A stretch of 32,000 nt of DNA, from contig NC_008340.1 of the NCBI RefSeq assembly GCF_000014785.1, positions 90,001 to 122,000 on the forward strand. Reading direction: 5' to 3'. This document shows positions 1 through 10,151 of this stretch, piece by piece. Position numbers and translations under genes: made by a program. The number at the start of each line of letters is the position of its first letter. Positions within the stretch are counted from its first letter, which is position 1. The DNA comes from Alkalilimnicola ehrlichii MLHE-1. Its GTDB lineage: Bacteria; Pseudomonadota; Gammaproteobacteria; Nitrococcales; Halorhodospiraceae. The notes beneath the pieces are model-generated. The model worked only from the letters and a program-made list of their open reading frames with translations. It had not been told where the DNA came from and did not search any database.

Positions 1-1305
1 GCCGACCTGCCCAAGGGCGGCGGTCGTTACGATCTGCCCATCGCCCTGGGCATCCTCCGCGCCTCTGAACAGCTAAACGCCCCTCTGGGCGACTGGGAGT
101 TCGCCGGCGAACTGGCCCTCAGCGGCCGCCTGCGGGCCATCCCCGGGCTGCTGCCGCTGGCGGTGCAGGCGCGCAAGGCCGGGCGGGGGCTGGTGGTGCC
201 CGAGGCCTGCGGGGGCGAGGTGGCGTTGGTCCACCGCAACGCCCTGACCGCGGGGCATCTCCTGGATGTCTGTCGGCACCTGGGCGGTGAGGCCTGTCTG
301 GCGCCGGCGTGTGCCCGGGCGTCGGAGCCGGCCGGGGCGCCGGTGGCGGACCTGGCCGACGTGCGCGGCCAGGCCGGCGCCCGACGGGCGCTGGAGATCG
401 CCGCCGCCGGCGGCCACGCCCTCCTGCTGTGCGGCCCGCCGGGTACCGGCAAGAGCATGCTGGCGGCGCGCCTGCCGGGGATTCTGCCCGCCATGACCGA
501 GGCCGAGGCCCTGGAGGCGGCGGCGGTGGCCTCGGTCAGCCATGCGGGGTTTCGTCCCGAGCAATGGGCCCGCCGGCCCTTCCGCCAGCCGCACCACAGC
601 GCCTCACAGGCGGCGTTGATCGGCGGCGGGCGCAAGCCCGGGCCCGGCGAGGCCTCGTTGGCTCACCGCGGCATCCTGTTCCTGGACGAGCTGCCGGAGT
701 TCAGTCGCGGCGCGTTGGAGGCCCTGCGTGAGCCGCTGGAGACCGGCGAGGTGCATATCTCCCGGGCCTCGGCCCGGGTCAGTTACCCGGCCCGGTTCCA
801 GCTCATAGCGGCCATGAACCCCTGCCCCTGCGGCCACCTGGGGGACCCGGCCGGGCGTTGCCGCTGCACCCCGGAGCAGGTCCAGCGGTATCGCGGCCGG
901 CTCTCCGGCCCACTGATGGACCGGCTGGACATGCAGGTGGCGGTGCCCCGGTTGAGCGCGACCGAATTACAGGTCGACGGGGCGACGGGGGAGGACAGTG
1001 AGGTGGTGCGGGCTCGGGTGACGGCGGCCCGGGCCCGGCAACAGGCCCGGGCGGGCGTGGAGAATGCGCACCTCCAGGGGCGGGCCCTGGAGGCCCATTG
1101 CCGGCTGGCGCCGACGGACGCCCGGTTGCTGGCCCGGGCCATGGAGCAGCTGGGGTTGTCCGCTCGGGCCTACCACCGGGTGTTGCGGCTGGCGCGCACC
1201 ATTGCCGATCTGGAGGGTGCGGACGCGATCCACTCCCCGCACCTGACCGAGGCGCTGGCCCTGCGCCGGGGCCTGGAGCCCGGTCGCGGTGCGGTCGGGC
1301 CCTGA
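1..1305 (+). CDS. comM: YifB/ComM family Mg-chelatase-like AAA+ ATPase (5' partial)
   Basis: Frame 1 is open from base 1 (ADLPKGGGRYDLPIALGIL...), in frame with track ORF 163..1305. Walker A GPPGTGKS, Walker B ILFLDELPEF and the Cys cluster CPCGHLGDPAGRCRC are typical of the family. The N-terminus lies outside the window. Confidence 0.9.
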   Translation, partial: ADLPKGGGRYDLPIALGILRASEQLNAPLGDWEFAGELALSGRLRAIPGLLPLAVQARKAGRGLVVPEACGGEVALVHRNALTAGHLLDVCRHLGGEACLAPACARASEPAGAPVADLADVRGQAGARRALEIAAAGGHALLLCGPPGTGKSMLAARLPGILPAMTEAEALEAAAVASVSHAGFRPEQWARRPFRQPHHSASQAALIGGGRKPGPGEASLAHRGILFLDELPEFSRGALEALREPLETGEVHISRASARVSYPARFQLIAAMNPCPCGHLGDPAGRCRCTPEQVQRYRGRLSGPLMDRLDMQVAVPRLSATELQVDGATGEDSEVVRARVTAARARQQARAGVENAHLQGRALEAHCRLAPTDARLLARAMEQLGLSARAYHRVLRLARTIADLEGADAIHSPHLTEALALRRGLEPGRGAVGP

Positions 1306-1328
1306 GGCCGGGCCCTTAGCAGCGGACC

Positions 1329-1883
1329 TTAGTAGTCCACGGCCAGCCCGGCCTCTTCCAGCATCCAGATCACCACCCAGCGCAGCTCGGTGTCGTCGGC
1401 GTCGGCGCCGCCGCGCGGGGGCATGGCGCCCATGCCGCTGATGACGTTGTTGACCAGGCCGTCCAGGCCGCGCTCCTCGAAGCGGGGGGCCCACTCGCCC
1501 TCCTCGCCCGTCACCGGAGAGCCGGCCACGCCGGTGGCGTGGCAGGCCATGCAGGCGGCCTGGTTGATCTGTTGCGCCACCTCGGCGTCGAAGGCGGGGC
1601 GCTCCTCCGGTTCGGCGGGTTCTTCCACCTCGGCGACCTCGGGGTCGACGTCGTCCTCGACCACGTCCGGGGCCTCGTCCCGCCCGGCGATGGCGACCTG
1701 GCCCACCGGGGCGATGGCCTGAAGCACCCGCTCGCGCTCATGCTCGGCGCGCTGCTCGGCCACGTGGCCGAGGGTGCCGCCGGTGTACTGGGAGAGGCCG
1801 GCCAGCGCCAGCGCAATCAGCGCCAGCAGGATGATGATTCCGATGAAGGTGTTTACGAAGGTCTGGTCCTGAGTCTTGCTCAC
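1329..1883 (-). CDS. membrane-anchored class I c-type cytochrome (cytochrome c5-like)
   Basis: N-terminal hydrophobic anchor (FIGIIILLALIALALAGL), an acidic linker, one CxxCH haem motif (CMACHATG) and a downstream GMGAMPP Met-ligand region. Strong GC3 coding signature. Confidence 0.8.
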   Translation of the reverse strand: MSKTQDQTFVNTFIGIIILLALIALALAGLSQYTGGTLGHVAEQRAEHERERVLQAIAPVGQVAIAGRDEAPDVVEDDVDPEVAEVEEPAEPEERPAFDAEVAQQINQAACMACHATGVAGSPVTGEEGEWAPRFEERGLDGLVNNVISGMGAMPPRGGADADDTELRWVVIWMLEEAGLAVDY

Positions 1884-2051
1884 GTGGATTCCTCACCACT
1901 GGTGGTCAAATCAGTGCGAATAATACTTTTTCTTGGCCGCAAAGCTTGCCACGAAATGGGGTGCGTGGGTAGCCCTGACCGGCGGGCGTTGGTTCGCTCT
2001 TTTGTCGCCCGTGGTTAAGGGTAGCAGTCGCGGCCGCTGTGGGGTACTGCA

Positions 2052-3170
<1,119 letters not shown>

Positions 3171-3251
3171 GGGGCGGATGAAGGGCCTCGTAACCTGGAT
3201 GGGTTCGCCCACCTGCCCATTTGTCGGGAGACGATCAGCCGCGATGGCCCG

Positions 3252-3461
3252 TCAGCGCCGGAAGATCAGCCAAAGGATCACCGTCAGCACGAGGCTGACC
3301 AGTATGGAGGTGGTCAGCGGGAAGTAGAACTGGAAGCCCTCGCGCTGGATGTGGATGTCGCCGGGCAGCCGGCCCAGGCCGAGTTTGCTCAGCCAGGGCC
3401 AGAGCAGGCCGGCGACGACCAGGACGATGCCGATAGTCAGCAGCAGACGGCCGATGTCCAT
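3252..3461 (-). CDS. DUF2905-family small membrane protein (69 aa)
   Basis: Only the C-terminal 69 aa of track ORF 3252..3851 look real: MDIGRLLLTIGIVLVVAGLLWPWLSKLGLGRLPGDIHIQREGFQFYFPLTTSILVSLVLTVILWLIFRR. That gives two TM helices and the GRLPGDI motif of DUF2905. The upstream part of that ORF overlaps rpiA out of frame. Confidence 0.7.
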   Translation of the reverse strand: MDIGRLLLTIGIVLVVAGLLWPWLSKLGLGRLPGDIHIQREGFQFYFPLTTSILVSLVLTVILWLIFRR

Positions 3462-3477
3462 CCTCTCCGGGCTGTGG

Positions 3478-4143
3478 TTACTCCGCGGTGAGTTTGCGCA
3501 CGCCCTCGGCGGTGCCGAGCAGCAGGACGTCGGCGGGGCGCAGGGCGAACAGCCCGTTGGTGACCACGCCGGGGATGTTGTTGATCTGCTGCTCGAGCTT
3601 GATCGGCTCCATGATCTTGAGGCCGCGCACGTCCAGGATGACGTTGCCGTTGTCGGTGGTGAAACCGGAGCGCAGTTGCGGCCGGCCGCCCAGTTTGACC
3701 AGCTCACGGGCGACGTAGCTGCGGGCCATGGGGATGACCTCCACCGGCAGCGGGAACTCGCCCAGCACGTCCACCAGCTTGGACTCGTCCGCCACGCAGA
3801 CGAAGCGTTCGGCGGCCGCGGCCACGATCTTCTCGCGGGTGAGCGCGCCACCGCCGCCCTTGATCAGCTGCAGGAAGCGGTTGGATTCATCGGCGCCGTC
3901 CACGTAAATGGGCATGGTGCCCACCTCGTTGAGGTCCAGCACCGGGATGCCGTACTGGCGTAGCCGGGCGGTGCTCGCCTCGGAGCTGGACACGGTGCCG
4001 TCGATGCGGGCCTTCATGTCGGCCAGGGCGTCGATAAAGAAATTGACGGTGGAGCCGGTGCCCACCCCGATCACGGTGTTCTCTTCCACGTACTCCATGG
4101 CCGCCTCGGCCGCCATGCGCTTGCCCTGGTCAGCGCTCATCAT
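3478..4143 (-). CDS. rpiA: ribose-5-phosphate isomerase A
   Basis: 221 aa with GVGTGST, DGADE and KGGGGAL(T)REK motifs typical of RpiA. Confidence 0.95.
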
Positions 4144-4225
4144 TCACTCCCTTAGTGCGTTACGATGTCATGCTGTACATGATAGCGAATACCAAGCCCA
4201 TCCCGACAGCGAAAGTCAATCCCTC

Positions 4226-5740
4226 ATGAGCCGATCCTATCTGGAGCGCATCCTCACCGCCTGTGTCTACGACGTGGCCATACAGACCCCGCTGGACGAC
4301 GGTGCCACCCTCTCCGAGCGCCTGGGCAACCGGGTGCTGATGAAGCGAGAGGACCTGCAGCCGGTCTTTTCCTTCAAACTGCGTGGGGCCTACAACAAGA
4401 TCAACCGCCTTTCCGAGGAGGCGCGCCAGAAGGGCGTGATCTGTGCCTCGGCCGGCAACCACGCCCAGGGTGTGGCGCTGTCGGCGAAGAAGCTGGGTAT
4501 CAAGGCCACCATCGTCATGCCGCGCACCACGCCGGACATCAAGGTGAACGCGGTCAAGCGGCTGGGCGGCCGGGTGGTGCTGCACGGCGACTCCTACGAC
4601 GAGGCCTCACAGCATGCTAACAAGCTGGTCGAGGAGCGGGGGTTGACCTACATCCACCCCTACGACGACCCGGACGTGATCGCCGGCCAGGGCACGGTGG
4701 GCATGGAGATCCTGCACCAGCACCCGCGGGACATCCACGCCATCTTCATCGCCGTGGGTGGCGGGGGCCTGGCCGCCGGTATCGGGGTGTATATCAAGCA
4801 GTTGCGCCCCGATATCCGTATCATCGCCGTGGAGCCGGACACCGCCCCTACCCTGGCCCGCAGCCTGGAGGTGGGCCGGCGGGTGAAGCTGGAGCAGGTG
4901 GGGCTGTTCGCCGACGGGGTGGCGGTGCGTCAGGTGGGCAAGACCAACTGGCCGCTGTTGCGCCAGTATGTGGATGACGTGGTGCTGGTCTCGGATGATG
5001 AGATTTGCGCGGCGATCAAGGACATCTTCGATGACACCCGCTCGATCATGGAGCCGGCCGGGGCGCTGGGGGTGGCGGGCTTGAAGAAATACGTGGAGCG
5101 CACCGGTATCCGCGACAAGACCCTGGTGGCGGTGAACTGCGGCGCCAACATGAACTTCTCGCGCCTGGGCCATGTGGCCGAGCGTGCCGAGCTGGGTGAG
5201 CACCGTGAGGCGGTCTTCGCGGTCACTATCCCAGAGCGGCCGGGGAGCTTCAAACAGTTCTGCGAGGCCATCGGCAAACGCGGTATCACCGAGTTCAACT
5301 ACCGCTACGCGGACCCGACCCAGGCCCACGTCTATGCCGGCATCCAGCTCAGCAGGGGCGATGAGGAACGGGAGCTGCTGCGCGAGGAGCTGGAGGAGGC
5401 CGGCTACCCGGTGCTGGACCTGACCGAGGATGAGATGGCCAAGGTGCACGTCCGCCACATGGTGGGCGGCCGTGGTGGCGGGGTGGAGAACGAGATCCTT
5501 TACCGCTTCGAGTTCCCGGAACGGCCCGGGGCGCTGCTCAAGTTCCTCTCGCGGATGGGTCGGCGCTGGAACATCTCGCTGTTCCACTACCGCAACCACG
5601 GGGCCGCCTACGGCAAGGTGCTGGTGGGCATGCAGGTGCCGGAGGCCGAGCGCGGCCGCTGTGTGGAATACCTGGACAAACTGGGCTATCGCTATGCAGA
5701 GGAGACCGACAACCCGGCCTACCGGTTGTTCCTGAGCTGA
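4226..5740 (+). CDS. ilvA: biosynthetic threonine ammonia-lyase (threonine dehydratase)
   Basis: In-frame ATG at 4226 (MSRSYLERILTACVYDV...) inside track ORF 3908..5740. PLP-lysine motif FSFKLRGAYN, GNHAQG, and two C-terminal ACT-like regulatory repeats. The upstream part of the ORF overlaps rpiA antisense. Confidence 0.93.
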   Translation: MSRSYLERILTACVYDVAIQTPLDDGATLSERLGNRVLMKREDLQPVFSFKLRGAYNKINRLSEEARQKGVICASAGNHAQGVALSAKKLGIKATIVMPRTTPDIKVNAVKRLGGRVVLHGDSYDEASQHANKLVEERGLTYIHPYDDPDVIAGQGTVGMEILHQHPRDIHAIFIAVGGGGLAAGIGVYIKQLRPDIRIIAVEPDTAPTLARSLEVGRRVKLEQVGLFADGVAVRQVGKTNWPLLRQYVDDVVLVSDDEICAAIKDIFDDTRSIMEPAGALGVAGLKKYVERTGIRDKTLVAVNCGANMNFSRLGHVAERAELGEHREAVFAVTIPERPGSFKQFCEAIGKRGITEFNYRYADPTQAHVYAGIQLSRGDEERELLREELEEAGYPVLDLTEDEMAKVHVRHMVGGRGGGVENEILYRFEFPERPGALLKFLSRMGRRWNISLFHYRNHGAAYGKVLVGMQVPEAERGRCVEYLDKLGYRYAEETDNPAYRLFLS

Positions 5741-5777
5741 CCGCCGGCGGGCCTGCTCATCCACGACGAGGGAGCCC

Positions 5778-6449
5778 ATGACCGCCGAACCCCGTATCAG
5801 CGGCGACGACATCCTGGACGCCGCCCTGGCTGAGGCCCGCGAGACCGGATGGGAGGCCATGCGTCTGGCCCCGGTGGCCCGCCGCCTGGGCGTGGGGCTG
5901 CGGGCCGTGCAGCGGCATTTCCGCGAGAAGGATGAACTGATCGATGCCCGGCTGGACCGTGCCGATCGGGCGATGCTGGCGGTGATGGACACCCCGGGTT
6001 TTGCCGATCTGCCGTCGGTCACGCGCCTGCACCGCCTGCTCATGGCCTGGTTCGAGGACCTGCAGTGCGACCGCTCGGTGGTGCAAGGGATGCTGGCGCA
6101 CAAGATGGAGTTCGGCCATATCCACGTGCAATTCCCGCTGTTGCTGCGGGTCAGCCGTACGGTGCAGTGGTGGCGCGAGGCGGCGGACCGCTCCGGCGTG
6201 CATCTGGAGCGGGCGCTGGAAGAGACAGCGCTGACCACGTTGTTCCTGTCCACGGTGGTGCGTTGGCTCCGCGACCGGGACCCCACCCTGGCGCCGACGC
6301 GGCGCTTTCTGCAGCAGGGGTTGGAGCGGCTGCGGGCCGTGCGCCACGCGCTGCCTCCGGTCCCGGGGCTGGCCCGGCCTGCGGGGGTGGCGCCCCGTCT
6401 GGCCCCGCCGGGCCCGGTGAGGGATGACCCCGGGGAAGAGGCCGGTTAA
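5778..6449 (+). CDS. TetR/AcrR family transcriptional regulator
   Basis: N-terminal HTH-like segment (MRLAPVARRLGVGLRAVQRHFREKDELI) followed by a helical C-terminal domain. GAGGGA lies upstream of the ATG. Confidence 0.75.
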   Translation: MTAEPRISGDDILDAALAEARETGWEAMRLAPVARRLGVGLRAVQRHFREKDELIDARLDRADRAMLAVMDTPGFADLPSVTRLHRLLMAWFEDLQCDRSVVQGMLAHKMEFGHIHVQFPLLLRVSRTVQWWREAADRSGVHLERALEETALTTLFLSTVVRWLRDRDPTLAPTRRFLQQGLERLRAVRHALPPVPGLARPAGVAPRLAPPGPVRDDPGEEAG

Positions 6450-6484
6450 TATAGCGGCTGTTACCGCATAGGCCTGCCCCTTGC

Positions 6485-7528
6485 ATGGATACTCTGACTC
6501 ACGCCATCAGCGGCGCCGTGGCCGCCCGGGCCCTGCCGGCCAGCCGCAGGGCGGCCGCGCCCAGCCTGAGGGAGCGCACCTGGGCCGGCTTTGTCGCCGG
6601 GGCCTCCCCGGACATCGACTTCCTGCTCCGGGTGCTGGACCCGCTGGTCTACCTCAACCTGCACCGCGGGGTCACCCACTCCTTGCTGTTGCTGCCCCTC
6701 TGGGCTGCGCTGCTCGCGGTGGTCTTTGCCCGGGTGGCGCCCCGGCTCGGTGGTGGCCGTTATGGCTGGCGGGCCTGGTACGCGGCGGCGGCGGTGGCCC
6801 TGCTGGTGCACATCCTTGGCGATCTCATCACCAGCTACGGCACCCAGTTGCTGGCCCCCTTCTCCAGCCACGGCTTCGCCTGGAACACCACGTTCATTAT
6901 CGACCCCTGGTTCTCCGGCCTGCTGCTGGGGGGGCTGATCCTGTCGCTCTACTGGCGCCCGATTCCGATGGCCCGGGTGACCCTGTTGGTGGTGGCGGCG
7001 CTGGTTGCCTTCCAGGCAGTGATGATGCGCCAGGCCCTGGATCAGGGGCAGCGCTATGTGGAGGCACAGGGCCTGGAGCAGGCCGAGGTGCGAGCCTGGC
7101 CGCAACCCTTCTCGCCCTTCAACTGGAAGGTCTCGGTCACCCTGGACCGGGGGCATTACCTCAGCTACCTCAACCTGCGCCAGCGCGGCCCCACGCCGCC
7201 GGCACCGCCTCTGCCCGGTGCCCTGCGGGATCTCTGGGAGGCCTACCGGCCGCTGGACGAGCAGGAGTGGCGCTATTTCCCGCGGTTTGGCGAGGGTGAC
7301 GAGTTTCGACAGGCCGAGGCGGCGTGGTCGGACCCGGCGTTCGCGGACTTCAGGCGCTTTGCCGGGCTGCCGGCGGTGTACCGCGTGCGCGACGACTGCG
7401 TCGCCTTCCAGGACCTGCGCTTCCACCTGCCAGGCCTGCGCACGCCCTTCCGTTATGGGCTTTGCGACGTGGGCGATGACCCCTATCTGGTCCGTTACCA
7501 GGACGGCGAATTTATCCGCATCCGCTGA
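6485..7528 (+). CDS. membrane-bound metal-dependent hydrolase, YdjM/DUF457 family
   Basis: MDTLTHAISGAV start, HRGVTHSLL motif, several TM helices, then a soluble C-terminal domain. Confidence 0.75.
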   Translation: MDTLTHAISGAVAARALPASRRAAAPSLRERTWAGFVAGASPDIDFLLRVLDPLVYLNLHRGVTHSLLLLPLWAALLAVVFARVAPRLGGGRYGWRAWYAAAAVALLVHILGDLITSYGTQLLAPFSSHGFAWNTTFIIDPWFSGLLLGGLILSLYWRPIPMARVTLLVVAALVAFQAVMMRQALDQGQRYVEAQGLEQAEVRAWPQPFSPFNWKVSVTLDRGHYLSYLNLRQRGPTPPAPPLPGALRDLWEAYRPLDEQEWRYFPRFGEGDEFRQAEAAWSDPAFADFRRFAGLPAVYRVRDDCVAFQDLRFHLPGLRTPFRYGLCDVGDDPYLVRYQDGEFIRIR

Positions 7529-7603
7529 CCCGCACGACCGGTCCAAACCGCAGGCCGGGGCCTTGCCAGAAGCGGGCGGACTGGATAACATGAGTCTTCT
7601 CAA

Positions 7604-7677
7604 GCGGGTGTAGTTCAATGGTAGAACATCAGCTTCCCAAGCTGAGAACGTGGGTTCGATTCCCATCACCCGCTCCA
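7604..7677 (+). tRNA. tRNA-Gly (anticodon CCC)
   Basis: Hand-folded cloverleaf. Acceptor GCGGGTG/CACCCGC, D stem GTTC/GAAC, anticodon stem TCAGC/GCTGA with loop TTCCCAA, T arm GTGGG-TTCGATT-CCCAT, discriminator T and encoded CCA. 74 nt. Confidence 0.93.
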
Positions 7678-7740
7678 TCTTCTTTCCCCTCCTCTTGGCC
7701 CCACTCACCATACGCCCGTTAGGGAGACGCTGAATAACCT

Positions 7741-8485
7741 CGTCAGTGCGAGCACAGCCCATCCCACCGTCAGTGCGAGTGCAGCCCATCCCACCGTCAG
7801 TGCGAGTGCAGCCCACCCCAACCTTTACTGCGAGCGCGGCCACCCCATCGTCACTGCGAGGAGGCGAAGCCGACGCGGCAGTCCACCGCCCTGGATCGCC
7901 GCGGCGCTGCGCGCCTCGCGATGACGGGGCCAAGGGCACGCGCCGCCACGGCTCCAAGTTGCTACGAGGCGAGGGCCCGCCCCACGTCACTGCGAAGCGA
8001 GGGCCCGCCCCCACGTCACTGCGAGGAGCGAAGCGACGTGGCAGTCTACCGCTCTGGATCGCCACGGGCCTTCGGCCCTCTTGAAGAACTTGACTGTGCC
8101 GGAAGCGGCAGGTCGCCCCCACCGTCACTGCGAGGAGGCGAAGCCGACGTGGCAGTCCTCCGCCCTGGATCGCCGCGGCGCTGCGCGCCTCGCGATGACG
8201 GGGTGAAGGGTACGTGCCGCCACGGCCCCACGCCGCTGTGAGCCGAGGGTTCGCCCCCTCGTCACGGCGAGCGCGGCCCCAACCCCCTCGTCAATGCGAG
8301 CGCGGCCCCAACCCCACCGTCACGGCGAGCGGGGACCCGCCCCCACTGTCACTGCGAGGAGGCGAAGCCGACGTGGCAGTCTACCGCGCTGGATCGCCAC
8401 GGGCCTTCGGCCCTCGCGATGACGAGGGTAAAGTCGTCGGCCCCGGCGATGGCTGGGGAAAGGGGTTGGCCCTGGCGATGACGGG
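7741..8485. repeat. mosaic cluster A of hairpin-forming intergenic repeats (about 78-nt units plus about 27-nt half-units)
   Basis: Full units at 7849-7926, 8014-8080 (right arm truncated), 8123-8200 and 8347-8424. Each is CGTCACTGCGAGGAGGCGAAGCCGACGTGGC, a loop, then GCCACGGGCCTTCGGCCCTCGCGATGACG or a variant. Tandem 27-nt half-units (cgtcagtgcgag..cagcccatcccac) lie at 7741-7848, with more half-units between the full units. No convincing CDS. Confidence 0.9.
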
Positions 8486-8662
8486 GGTGTCGTTGTGGCC
8501 CCCACAATACCGGGGCAGCACCACTTGTCGTATGGCAGGTATTGGCCGCGCCGCCTTTCCCGAAGGCGGTTAACTGACTACCCTCAAACCTGAGGGGAGG
8601 CCGCAGTGTGCAGGTTGGTCGCCCCGACACCAGGACTCAACCCGATTGCTCAGGAGCGCTCC

Positions 8663-10147
8663 ATGTCTCGGGATGCCGCTGCATCGCACCGATCCGCCAC
8701 CCAGGCCCCGCCCTATCTGATCCCCGCCCTGCTCGGGCTCTACACCCTGTTCGCGCTGCTGCCCCTGCTGCTCGCCGACACGGGCGCCGGGGTCGGGCTC
8801 CACTTCTGGCACAAGCTGGGCAACGGTCTGGCCATGGCCGGCTTCGCCTTGTTGCTGGCGGAGTTCATCCTCTCCGGCCGCTTCCGCGGGGTCACTGCAC
8901 CCATCGGCATCGACGTCACCCTGCGTTTCCATCAGTTGATGGGGCACACGGTGTTGGTGTTGCTGCTGATCCACCCCTACCTCTACGCCCTTATCCCGGC
9001 CGCCACCCAGGCGCCGGGCGTGGTGGTCCCGGCCCCCTCCTCCGGGCTGGCCGAGGGGCTGACCGGGGTGATCGCCTGGCTGGTGCTGGGTACGGTCGTG
9101 CTGTTGGCTATCGCCCGCGACATGATCGGGCTGGGCTACGAACGCTGGCGGTTGGTCCATGGGGTGGGGGCCGCCGTGGTAGCGGTGTTTGGCCTCCACC
9201 ATACCCTGGAGGCCGGGGTGTACAGTGGCCAGGGGCTGCTGGCCGCCTTCTGGGTGTTGGCGGTGGCCGCCGCCCTGTTCACACTGGTGCATGCCTACTG
9301 GCTGGTCCCGCGGCGCCAGGCGCGCGCGGCCTGGCGGATCAAGGCGGTGGAGCAAAGCGGCCCGGGCTACTGGGATGTCACCGTGGAGCCCGAGGCGGAC
9401 AGCCAGGCGCGTCAGTTCCGGTTCCACGCCGGTCAGTTCGCCTGGCTGAAGGTCGCCGGGCACCCCTACACCCTCAAGGAGCACCCCTTCTCCATTGCCT
9501 CCAGCCCGGCGGCCCTGCCCGAGGTGGTGTTCACCATCAAGGAGGCCGGCGATTTCACCAACACCGTGGGGGAACTGCAGCCCGGTCAACGCGCCTACCT
9601 GGACGGGCCACACGGCCACTTCGTGCTGGATGACCGGCCGGCGGCAGGGATCATGCTGATCGCCGGTGGTGTGGGCATCGCACCGATCATGTCCCTACTG
9701 CGCGAGTTGCGGGCGCAGGGCGAGCAGCGCCCGGTACGCCTGGTCTACGGCGTGCGCCGGCTGGAAGAGGCGTTGTTCCGCGAGGAGCTGGCGGCGGCCG
9801 AGGAGGCGATGGACCTGCAGGTCTTCCTGGTGGTGGACGAACCGGGGGATGAGCCCGTCGATGACCCGAAGGTGCTGCGGGGGCCGGTGACCCGTGAGGT
9901 GCTGCACCACTGCCTGCCGGAGCGGGGCGCGGCGGACTGGGTGCACTACATCTGCGGGCCGCCGGCCATGATCGACTCGGTGGAGAACAGCCTGGAGGCC
10001 GAGCAGGTGCCGCTGGAGCACATCCGCTCCGAGCGCTTCCGTTACACCTACCACGCCAGCACCCGCCGCTCGCGCCGGATTATGGCGGTGTGGGCGGGGG
10101 TCACCGCCATCGTCGTGGTGGCGGTGCTGCTCTTCGCCCTGGTCTGA
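8663..10147 (+). CDS. ferric-reductase-like (NOX/FRE-type) transmembrane flavocytochrome with FAD/NAD(P)-binding domain
   Basis: N-terminal multi-TM domain with paired His residues (FWHK, RFHQLMGH, LIHPY, LVHGV, GLHH). FNR-like module with HPFSIAS (FAD) and GGVGIAP (NAD(P)H). ATG 8663 is preceded by AGGAG. The track ORF starts at GTG 8606. Confidence 0.85.
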   Translation: MSRDAAASHRSATQAPPYLIPALLGLYTLFALLPLLLADTGAGVGLHFWHKLGNGLAMAGFALLLAEFILSGRFRGVTAPIGIDVTLRFHQLMGHTVLVLLLIHPYLYALIPAATQAPGVVVPAPSSGLAEGLTGVIAWLVLGTVVLLAIARDMIGLGYERWRLVHGVGAAVVAVFGLHHTLEAGVYSGQGLLAAFWVLAVAAALFTLVHAYWLVPRRQARAAWRIKAVEQSGPGYWDVTVEPEADSQARQFRFHAGQFAWLKVAGHPYTLKEHPFSIASSPAALPEVVFTIKEAGDFTNTVGELQPGQRAYLDGPHGHFVLDDRPAAGIMLIAGGVGIAPIMSLLRELRAQGEQRPVRLVYGVRRLEEALFREELAAAEEAMDLQVFLVVDEPGDEPVDDPKVLRGPVTREVLHHCLPERGAADWVHYICGPPAMIDSVENSLEAEQVPLEHIRSERFRYTYHASTRRSRRIMAVWAGVTAIVVVAVLLFALV

Positions 10148-10151
10148 GGGG

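Noticed and set aside
3462-3851. N-terminal 130 aa of track ORF 3252..3851, with similar long 5' extensions on 3908..5740, 13174..14190, 13351..14442, 19155..20798 and 24968..26563
   Set aside because: The extensions overlap neighbouring well-supported genes, are low-complexity, and lie upstream of internal starts with better SD or context. They were trimmed to the internal starts listed in the features.
4607-6286. 559-aa minus-strand ORF
   Set aside because: It is antisense to ilvA and the TetR gene. Its Arg/Ala/Gly/His-rich low-complexity translation is typical of a high-GC shadow ORF.
7741-7848. CRISPR-like look of regularly repeated about 27-nt units (cgtcagtgcgag..cagcccatcccac) after the tRNA gene
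   Set aside because: The units are directly tandem with no unique spacers between them. They degrade into the larger hairpin repeat family seen at two other loci. No cas genes or leader are in the window.
6461-8128. 555-aa minus-strand ORF
   Set aside because: It is antisense to the YdjM-like gene, runs straight through the tRNA-Gly gene and repeat cluster A, and has a Pro/Arg/Gly-rich composition.
7746-8573. Several 60-120-aa ORFs on both strands across the repeat clusters (for example 7746..8084, 7921..8241, 8214..8573, and also 12882..13151 and 18081..18404)
   Set aside because: Their peptide sequences simply repeat the DNA repeat units (SLRGGEADVAV, PRDDG, VIARAEGP). They are artefacts of translating palindromic repeats.
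8570-9619. 349-aa minus-strand ORF, plus the overlapping 8608..9633 plus-strand alternative frame
   Set aside because: Both overlap the well-supported ferric-reductase-like CDS. Their translations are low-complexity (G/P/R/H-rich) with no motifs.
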